NCBI GenBank assembly: GCA_951406725.2
Contig: OX597817.1
Span: forward strand, 151,218,001 to 151,282,000
Source of the DNA: Octopus vulgaris
Lineage: Eukaryota
Direction: 5' to 3'
Length of the DNA: 64,000 nt
Under the pieces are notes generated by a model. That model did no database searches. It saw only the letters and a list, made by a program, of their open reading frames with translations, and was not told the DNA's origin. Of the stretch, positions 56,726-64,000 are shown one piece after another; the first letter of the stretch is position 1; every line of letters starts with the position of its first letter. A program made the translations under genes and the position numbers.

Positions 56726-57860
56726 GAAGGTTTAAAAATGCAATTTTAAAGATGTTTATTCACTTGACCAGTTTCACTTTTTTAGAAAAAGATTGTCAAA
56801 AGTAAAATGTAAAGCTTTATATAAGCTTTGTTGTGTTAAGTACTGGTTGTCACAAAAGTATCAGAAAACAGTTATACATTCTTTGATAATAATAAGAAAA
56901 TGTTAAAAACATTGAGAAAATATTAAACAAAAATTTCAAAAAAATATATTAGGATTTCATTAAAGATCATGTTTGTTTGGAAGTATCTATATATATATAT
57001 ATATATATACACAGAAAGGTATTAGTTCAAAAATAGTCATACACAGAAGGAGATATATTTAGGAGTTTACAAAGAATTTGAGATGAACTGACCTGTTTTA
57101 GCATTTTTTGGTTTGTATGAAGCTAAAAAGGCTCCTGTGCAGGTGGCATGTAAAAAACACCATTTGAGCGTGGCTGTTGCCAGTACTGCCTGACTGGCCC
57201 TCGTGCTGGTGGCACGTAAAAAGCACCCACTACACTTGGAGTAGTTGGCGTTAGGAAGGGCATCCAGCTGTAGAAACTCTGCCAGATCAGATTGGAGCCT
57301 GGTGCAGCCTTCTGGCTCACCAGTCCTCAGTCAAATCATCCAACCCATGTTAGCAAGGAAAGTGGACGTTGATTGATGATGATGATGTACAATTCAAGTT
57401 AGTGCCATATATACTAGTTACTACAAGTTATAATGATGTAACAAAATGCATACAATATAGATGCCTGTTATTTGTCTCTCTTACAACAAACTCTTTTCAT
57501 TCCTTGATTTTCCATAATTTAGAAATTCTTGCAATGTATTTGACCCCAGCTTGATTGATGAGACAATTACTGTATACTTGCCAAGCATCTATTATAATTA
57601 TTATTATGCTTATGTGATAGTATATTCCATTTGATTATTTGAGATGTGTAGTTAAATTAAGAAGGATGCCTGTTCCTACCTTTTATAATTTATCTATTGT
57701 AAACATACTTAATTAGCCATTATTTATATTTTTTTCATTATATTTCCAGGGTGTTTGGAAAGGTGCCTACATTCAAAGTGAATTTGTGGCTGCTGTGGTT
57801 GCCATTCTTGTGTGGTACTTTGCTTACAATGCCAAAAGTCAACTTCATGTCCCTAATTAG
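32604..57860 (+). CDS. SSR4: Translocon-associated protein subunit delta (TRAP-delta), 6 coding exons: join(32604..32679,38221..38339,46778..46852,47873..47962,48952..49017,57750..57860), 178 aa
   Basis: Manual splicing with GT-AG introns gives an uninterrupted frame [178 protein letters not shown]. It has a signal peptide, two luminal Cys, the family motifs LTCKN, LYAD, (F)[18 protein letters not shown] and a C-terminal TM helix. Confidence 0.96.
32813..32821 (+). promoter_or_regulatory. UPRE / XBP1-CREB3-type motif TGACGTGGC in SSR4 intron 1
   Basis: Exact TGACGTGG core about 220 nt downstream of the predicted TSS of an ER translocon gene. Confidence 0.4.
33838..34077. mobile_element. Fold-back MITE in SSR4 intron 1 (a smaller one at about 33727-33830)
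   Basis: TATTACTGGTGTAGGCCGGTTTA / TAAACCGGCCTTCACCAGTAATA plus an inner inverted block of about 48 bp. Confidence 0.75.
34500..35254 (-). mobile_element. Internally deleted Tc1/mariner (DD37D/maT-like) element
   Basis: [10 protein letters not shown]...[11 protein letters not shown]...[13 protein letters not shown]. 5' TIR TA|CAGGGTGCAATAGGTAAAC. Confidence 0.8.
35737..36980 (-). mobile_element. Decayed mariner (irritans-like)
   Basis: KQWKH..SPPPKK...[10 protein letters not shown]...GTTINGAYY. Inverted TTAAAGATTTCCCCTGA.CCA.TTCC near both ends, about 1.25 kb. Confidence 0.85.
38221..38339 (+). CDS. SSR4: SSR4 exon 2
   Basis: Polypyrimidine tract + tgtag| acceptor, (G)[15 protein letters not shown]...[10 protein letters not shown], |gtaagt donor, 119 nt. 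Confidence 0.96.
40350..42872 (-). mobile_element. Decayed Mutator-like (FLYWCH + MULE) transposon with two nested SINEs
   Basis: Perfect 8-bp TSD GTGGGACA, CGGT...ACCG termini, TIRs built of GGACANTTGCATCCC-like repeats. ORF pieces [13 protein letters not shown]...EHNHG and [11 protein letters not shown]...[18 protein letters not shown]. Confidence 0.9.
42897..43720 (-). mobile_element. RTE-clade LINE 3' portion
   Basis: [10 protein letters not shown]...[27 protein letters not shown]. Confidence 0.88.
44395..44955 (+). mobile_element. Family F RTE-related short element ending in (GAT)n (also 38430-38700, 38812-39120(-), 41236-41380(-), 43728-43865, 46085-46525, 48130-48530, 50055-50215(-), 52276-52500(-), 57128-57388)
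   Basis: Shared GGTTGGCGTTAGGAAGGGCATCCAGC...CCATGCTAGCATGG..GGACG.TAAA(TGA)n. This copy has an approximately 100-bp tandem duplication at 44421-44628. Confidence 0.8.
46778..46852 (+). CDS. SSR4: SSR4 exon 3
   Basis: ttgtag| [25 protein letters not shown] |gtaaat, 75 nt. Confidence 0.95.
47564..47783. mobile_element. piggyBac-like MITE 90 nt upstream of SSR4 exon 4
   Basis: TTAA|CTCTTTAGCATT...AATGCTAAAGAG|TTAA. Confidence 0.85.
47873..47962 (+). CDS. SSR4: SSR4 exon 4
   Basis: ttcttcatag| [30 protein letters not shown] |gtaaat, 90 nt. Confidence 0.96.
48952..49017 (+). CDS. SSR4: SSR4 exon 5
   Basis: attcag| [22 protein letters not shown] |gtaagt, 66 nt. Confidence 0.96.
52893..53363. 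mobile_element. Tc2/pogo-like MITE
   Basis: TA|CCGTAAATCCTCGAGTA...TACTCGAGGATTTATGG|TA. Confidence 0.85.
56263..56477. mobile_element. piggyBac-like MITE inserted in a SINE
   Basis: TTAA|CCCTTTTGTTAC...GTAACGAAAGGG|TTAA. Confidence 0.85.
57750..57860 (+). CDS. SSR4: SSR4 exon 6 (TM anchor and stop)
   Basis: tttccag| [39 protein letters not shown]. Confidence 0.96.
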   Translation, partial: GVWKGAYIQSEFVAAVVAILVWYFAYNAKSQLHVPN

Positions 57861-57868
57861 CTTCAGAA

Positions 57869-57971
57869 AATAAAATTTTGTATGAAAAATTAAAATTTTT
57901 TTTTTGTGTTTTTATTTTGCAATTTGTAAAGTTTTTATTTTTTAACCTTTTCTGATATTAGAGATAATAAA
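57869..57971 (+). terminator. Candidate SSR4 polyadenylation signals
   Basis: AATAAA at 57869-57874 (followed by a T/GT-rich tract) and at 57966-57971. Confidence 0.5.
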
Positions 57972-58689
57972 TTCTTGTTTGAAAATGTTGCTGGCTCTGA
58001 GTACACACCTCTGAAAAGACACAAAAAGGCAAGAATGAATAGAGATGTTATCTCGGTGTCAAATACTACAGTAATTGGCTTATTAACCATGTACATACAT
58101 TAAATATGATACACAAATGACTATTATAATCAAATACTGCTTTAACTGCATGTACTGGATTTCAAAAGAATGCATTAAATTGTTTTTATTTAGTTTCATT
58201 TAAGACTGAAATTTTTGGAAATTCTGTTGTTTTGTTTTAGTTAATATTTTATTGACTGCTTAAGGTGAGCTGGCAGAAATGTTAGCATACCGGGCGAAGT
58301 GCTTAGTGGTATTTCGTCAGTCTTTACATTCTGAGTTCAAATTCCACTAAAGTCAGCTTTGCCTTTCATCCTTTCAGGGTTGATAAATTAAGTACCAATT
58401 GCGTACTGGAGTCGATCTAATCGACTGGCCACCTTCCCCAAAATTTCAAGCCTTGTGCCTAGAGTAGAAACGAATATTTTAATGACTGCTTTTAATTGTT
58501 ACTGTACTTCAAATTTTATTTTATTTTATTTTATTTTATTAACAAGTTGCAACAATTTGAGATATTCCTATTGTGCTTTGAGAGCTTCCTACTTCCAACA
58601 GGCTTTGAGTTCTATTCCTTGGTGTAAATTGATAGACACTGCTCATAGGCAAAGAGATAATCCTTGAAAGTCAGATAAAAGTATTTGAT

Positions 58690-59100
58690 TGTCCTAAGCT
58701 GCTCCTCAATTATCAGTGAAGCAGCACTATCTTACATGCTGTATGTAAGGATCAACATGTCATTTGCTAACCTTTCCTACTGCGGATGAGATCTAACAGT
58801 CCATAGGTACTTTAACCAATGGCAAAGATCTTGGATCTGATGTCATTCCACCTGAAATCTACAAGATTAACAGTCTTGTCTCTTTCTTTGAATGTAGTAT
58901 CAGAACATTCCACTGGTTTTCAAGATGAAACGAAACCCTTCAGGTTATATCTTTGTCCATCACTGGGAAGGTCCAACTAATATAAGTAATGTTGATTGTT
59001 CACTTTGAACAGGGCCCGTCTGCCTAAGTGACAGTACAGTGTTAGAGAAGGCCATGGTACAGTCGGTTAACCTAGAATCACAAAATTGCTACAAACAGAC
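58690..59100 (+). mobile_element. Very decayed RTE-like LINE fragment
   Basis: NGKDLGSDVIPPEIYK resembles the GKAPGxDGIPxE motif upstream of RT. Confidence 0.45.
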
Positions 59101-59299
59101 ATGTGAACTCAGAAATTAGCCAATAATAACAGGAAATGAATATCATGGCAAAACTTTGCAAACAGTCTTTCCAGAAATTGGCTGGCGAGAAAGAAAAACT
59201 TTTAAAGTGCATGATTTTATGATACATCAGTCATCATCATTGTCGTTTAACGTCTGCTTTCCATGCTGGCATGGGTTAGACAGTTTGACTGAGGACTGG

Positions 59300-59740
59300 A
59301 CACTTATATTATGTCCTGGTGTCACTGGATGTTTTGGTTCTTGTACAGGTGACTCCACAGAGGCCAAACAAGTCTGTATTCAAATGGGGTTCTATTGATC
59401 CTGTAGCCACCTCTTAAGCTCAAGTCATCTAGCTACATTTGTTGTTGCTTCTATGATCTTGTTATTGACTTTTTGCTCATTCCCACAATGCCCAGGGATC
59501 CATAGGCCTTACTAAGGGAACAATTTGCAAATCTCTGATTGTCTACCTCCACTGGCATGTACCTGATCCTCTATTCATTCTTGCAGCAGTTCTCCACCAA
59601 CTCATGGCACTTCACCCACTTTATCTCTTGTGCCTCATAGATCCTTTCTTTTAGGGTACATTTAACTCCAGTAAAATGAGCAGCCTTGTGGCCTTAGAAG
59701 CCAAAATGGTATCTAGTTTCAACAAACAGGTGATTTGAAT
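59300..59740 (-). mobile_element. Hero-clade (REL) non-LTR retrotransposon 3' fragment
   Basis: LKLDTILASKATRLLILLELNVP*KERIYEAQEIKWVKCHELVENC...MPVEVD matches the LRPDIV...LELTVPWEE...EA.ERK..KY...PVEVG pattern. Confidence 0.7.
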
Positions 59741-59954
59741 ACACCGGTTAAATCTCATGATTTCATTTTATTTGTATCTGTAAAACATCAAGAAGCTTAA
59801 AACTAATTCTCCTAACTACAAAATTAAATGAACATGTTTTTCTGCTGTGACATAGCGCAAGAAAAGAACCCCATGTGTTTTTTATCTTTTGTGTTTTTTT
59901 TAGTTTTTTTTTTTTGATTATGGAGAGTGATTTGATCGTGTGCTGAAACGAAAA

Positions 59955-60225
59955 CAATTGCAACGTGGAAGGTGTTTGTAAGCCATTTAAGAAACACACA
60001 AAAGCCGTTCGATTCACTTCAACATTTAAGTTTTAATTTGTCAAAATATTATCGTCGCTTTAAGACCGCGACCTGTTCACTGACAGCATGGATTTTTGTC
60101 AGCGAACACGTCGCGGATTTTAGCGACGAAAATATTTTGACAAATTAAACTTAAATGTTGAAGTGAATCGAACAGCTTTTGTGTGTTTCTTAAATGGCTT
60201 ACAAACACCCTCCACGCTGCAATTG
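59955..60225. repeat. Long inverted repeat (about 130-bp arms, 11-nt spacer) of Penelope-type LTR pieces
   Basis: 59955-60085 mirrors 60097-60225. Each arm carries a hammerhead-like motif next to the axis. Confidence 0.9.
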
Positions 60226-61388
60226 CTTAGTTTTTTTTTCTCTCTAAAATTAAAATACTGTAGCCATTTGTATACAATACATACTCGTTTAATGTGCATC
60301 ACTAATACTTGGCTGTGGAAATCCTGCAAAAGGGGTTGGTCAGTAAAATGCCACTTGAATATAGATCTAGGCTCAATCAACCTCTGCAGGGTCGCCTGGA
60401 CAAAACCTTATGTTATTGCTCGGTTTACAGTCAAATCTTCACCAAATTACATCGTACAGTTGCATGGAATTTGAATAGCAGACAGAAAAATGTAGTCTTT
60501 CCTAGATATCTCTAAAAGATGGGATAGTCATTGCTGGAATGTCTTAAATCATGGATTTCCCTATTCTTTACATCAATTTATTTCATCCGCTATACGCATC
60601 CTTAACCGACACACGGACACTTCAAATATCTTGTACTCTTTCTCACCACAAAATGTGACCTTTACCAAACTATCACCGTCACTGCGCATATCAGGTCTCC
60701 TATGGTGACCGCTATTGTAAGCATTTGAACGAAGACTCCGATTTGAAAACAACTTTTGCTTTCCTCCTCACATGTCTCGGAGACTCAGTAATGGTGATGA
60801 TTTGCCATTTCTTCTATGCCAAAAAAAGAAAAAGAAGAAAAAAAGAAAGTAAGTACTGTCTCGAGTCCTAGGATTCAGAGGGACACTTACCCGGTTCCGA
60901 TGGCGTACAAGTAACCAAGATCACAACTTTCTTTCTAAACGGGACGCTAGTACGTTGCAGGGTTCCTTATTTACAATTGAGGAGGAGGAAGAGTAGCAAC
61001 GTGAAAAGAAGCGTTTTGCTCAAGAACACAAAACACCACCCGGTTCAAGAACCGAAATCACATTCTAGCGATCGGGAGTGCAACACCCAAACCACTGAAC
61101 CACACGTCTTCACTTTCTTCTATATCTAAGCGATGAAAAATAGTAAGGTTCTTCCAGACAAACCCCTGGTAACTTCCTTGACCAACGTTATGAAATTCCT
61201 TTACTCTTTTATTAGTTTCAGTCGTTTGACTGCGGCCATGCTGGAGCACCGCTTTTAGTTGAGCAAATCGACTCCAAGACTTATTCTTTGTAAGCCTAGT
61301 ACTTATTCTCTCGGTCTCTTTTGCCGAACCGCTAGACAACTGGGATATAAACACACCAACATTGGTTGTCAAGCTATGTTGGTGGGGA

Positions 61389-61438
<50 letters not shown>

Positions 61439-62187
61439 TATTACTACGGTACTCCGTCGGATACGACGAGGTTTCCAGTTGATCCAATCAACGGCATAGC
61501 CTACTCGTGAAATTAACGTGCAAGTGGTTGAACACTCCACAGTCACGTGTACCCTTAACATAGGGAGATTCAGTGCTCTTTGAAATACAGGCACAACAGA
61601 AACAGGAAGACAGAGTGAGAGGAATTTGTAGTGAAAGAGTACAGCAGGGTTCGTCACCACATCCTGCCGGAGCCTCGTGTTTTCGCTCAATAAACTCTCA
61701 CAACGCCCGGTTTGGGAATCGAAACCGCGATCCTATGATCGCGAGATCGCTGCCCTAACCACTGGGCCATTGTGCCTCCACACAGGGGGAGACCCTCTTC
61801 GGTCATGAATGACCATGGGATTGCACCTAGAAAGTTACCTTCTGAGGTAAAGTTTGGGCAAGATTTTTTATGGAAGACCAGCAGTCACCCATGTATATCA
61901 GCCTCCCCTCTCCACACAACCAATGTTATCCAAGGGAAAGACAAAAGCCGATACAGCTTGGTACCAGTGATGTTGCAACTCATTTCTACAGCTGAGTTAA
62001 CTGGAGCCACGTGAAATAAAGTGTCTTGCTCAAGAACACAACACGCAGCCCGCTCCGGGAATCGAACTCACAACCACATGATCGTAAGCTCGACGCTCTA
62101 ACCACTGAGCCATGCGCCTTCACACCTCCACACACACACATATGTATATGTGGAGGGCAATATAATATGTATACACATACACACACA

Positions 62188-63443
62188 TCAGGTTGGTGAA
62201 AAAGTAATGTCCGATTTAAAGATCTAAGGCAAAAAGGAATAAACCAATGACTATGGAAATATCTATTCATTAACATACTCTCCATTGCTTTCAATCACCC
62301 CATTCCATCTTTCAACAACCTTATAAATGCCTCGCTTGTAAAATTCTGTAGATTTAGAACCAAAATATGAATCCAACTCATTTTCATTCTTTTCTCTTGT
62401 TGCTAACCTAAGTCCATCAAAATGGTTCTGTAGTCCTCGGAACAAATGGTAATCAGAAGAAGTAAGGTCAGGAGAATATGGAGGATGAGGCAGTATTTCC
62501 CAATTAAGTTCTTCCAAGAGAGTTTTGATCAGTCGAGCTGTGTGAAGACGAGCATTATCGCGATGGAAGATGGCACCTTTTCTGTTAACCAAGGACGCTC
62601 GCTTTTGGCTCAGAACTGTTTTCAAAGGACGAAGTTGCTCACAGTAAAGATTAGCATTAATTGCTTGGTTGTTGTCCACAGTTCATAATGGATTACTCCT
62701 TTAATATCCCACCATACACTCAATATGATTTTCTTTGGATGAAATCCTGCTCTCTGTTGTTGAACTGGCCATCCTCCTCGACTCATCCAAGAACGGCGGC
62801 GTTTAATATTATGGTAACGAATCTACTTCACATCACTTGTAACAAGCCTGTCTAAAAATGTTGTTTGATGATTGACAACAAGCAGCACGCTGTAGTCGTT
62901 TCTCTGGAGACAGCTCATGAGGGACCCGTTTCCCAGCCACTGAAACCTTTCCAATGTGTTTTAGCTGGCGTACCACGGTTGTATGGGCCACGTTTAACTG
63001 TTCTGCAAGTTCCCTAGTGGTAACGATAGGGTTCTCTGAAACAAGAGTTCCAACATTTCGGAATCAATTTTTTTTTGGACGATACTCTTTTGGCTCTACT
63101 TTCAAAGTGAAACCACCACTTTGGGGACGGGAAAACCACCTCCTACAACTTCTTTCATTCACTACATCATCCCCATAAGTGCTCTGAATGGATCTTGCTG
63201 CCGCACTTGCATTAAAACCTTTATGAAACTCGTAGAGTAAAATATTTCTTATGTGATATTTAGATGGGAGAAACAAGGTGGTAAAATTTTCTGAGAATTA
63301 TGGCCAGAAGTTAGATAATCTGAAAGAAAATAGTACAAATTAGAAACAGAGATATCTTAAAACTATAACAAAAGGTAAAAAAATTGATAAATTCTCTCTC
63401 TGAAACATTTTTTCTAGAAATCGGGCATTACTTTTGCACCAAC

Positions 63444-63447
<4 letters not shown>
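62188..63447 (-). mobile_element. Full-length decayed mariner (cecropia/Hsmar1-like)
   Basis: TIRs TCAGGTTGGTG(A/C)AAAAGTAATG, 1260 bp. HIRNILLYEFHKGFNASAAAR, HRDNARLH, PHPPYSPDLTSSDYHLF, with frameshifts. Confidence 0.93.
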
Positions 63448-63479
<32 letters not shown>

Positions 63480-63494
63480 TAGATAGATATATGA

Positions 63495-63538
<44 letters not shown>

Positions 63539-63610
63539 ATACACACACGCACACATATATATGCTTTCGGTGCGAATGGTTTTGTCAAGCGACGTCGAGT
63601 TTTACAATCC

Positions 63611-63850
63611 TGTAAATAATATTAATGGTATTTTATAAGTTTGAAGCTTATAGCGATCACCGTGCAATGACTAAGGGAAGTCGTCTAATGGCATTCTTGT
63701 TACGCATGTGACGCGAATGGGAAAACCTACTTTTTCATGTCGAGGACTTATATGCCACATTATTAGACTATTTTTCCTTAGTCTAATAGTGATATAATAG
63801 TGACATTATAAGCTTCAAACTTGTAAAGTACCATTATTATCATTTATACA
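63611..63850. mobile_element. Fold-back MITE, followed by a Tc1-like TIR (CAGGGGTTGGACAAAATAATGGAAACACC at 63878) running off the window
   Basis: TAATGGTATTTTATAAGTTTGAAGCTTATA is mirrored by TATAAGCTTCAAACTTGTAAAGTACCATTA. Confidence 0.7.
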
Positions 63851-64000
63851 CCCCCCCCCCCTATATATATATATTTACAGGGGTTGGACAAAATAATGGA
63901 AACACCTGGCATCATAATATCATAATTTTGATATATCTAGAAAACCGTCAAAAGCTTGTTTATTTTTATGGTTTTTGATTTGTTATTAGTGTTGCTAATA

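Overview
AT-rich, microsatellite- and repeat-dense eukaryotic DNA. The repeat repertoire (tRNA-Arg-headed SINEs, microsatellite-carrying SINEs, RTE/CR1/R4/Hero LINE pieces, Penelope-type LTR pieces) points to a cephalopod (Octopus) genome; the species assignment is inference. The only host gene I can support is a complete six-exon SSR4/TRAP-delta on the + strand (CDS 32604-57860, 178 aa), which the ORF track almost entirely misses. It has a compact TATA + TCT/TOP-like + TISU-like core promoter and a UPRE-like motif in intron 1. A full-length but decayed Chapaev3-type transposon sits head-to-head just upstream. The rest is decayed mariner, maT-like and MULE transposons, non-autonomous Helitrons, MITEs, SINEs and LINE fragments. 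The most notable non-standard signals are: minimal hammerhead-ribozyme motifs in Penelope-type pieces (including a G3-C8 swapped variant in both arms of a 270-bp palindrome), a repeated H-type pseudoknot module in an RTE-related repeat, an R4/Dong-like element clustered in (CATA)n, SINE multimers sharing one junction, and a CpG-decay footprint over the gene body. Most ORFs in the track are microsatellite or SINE translations, not genes. All family names come from motif recognition; no database search was run.
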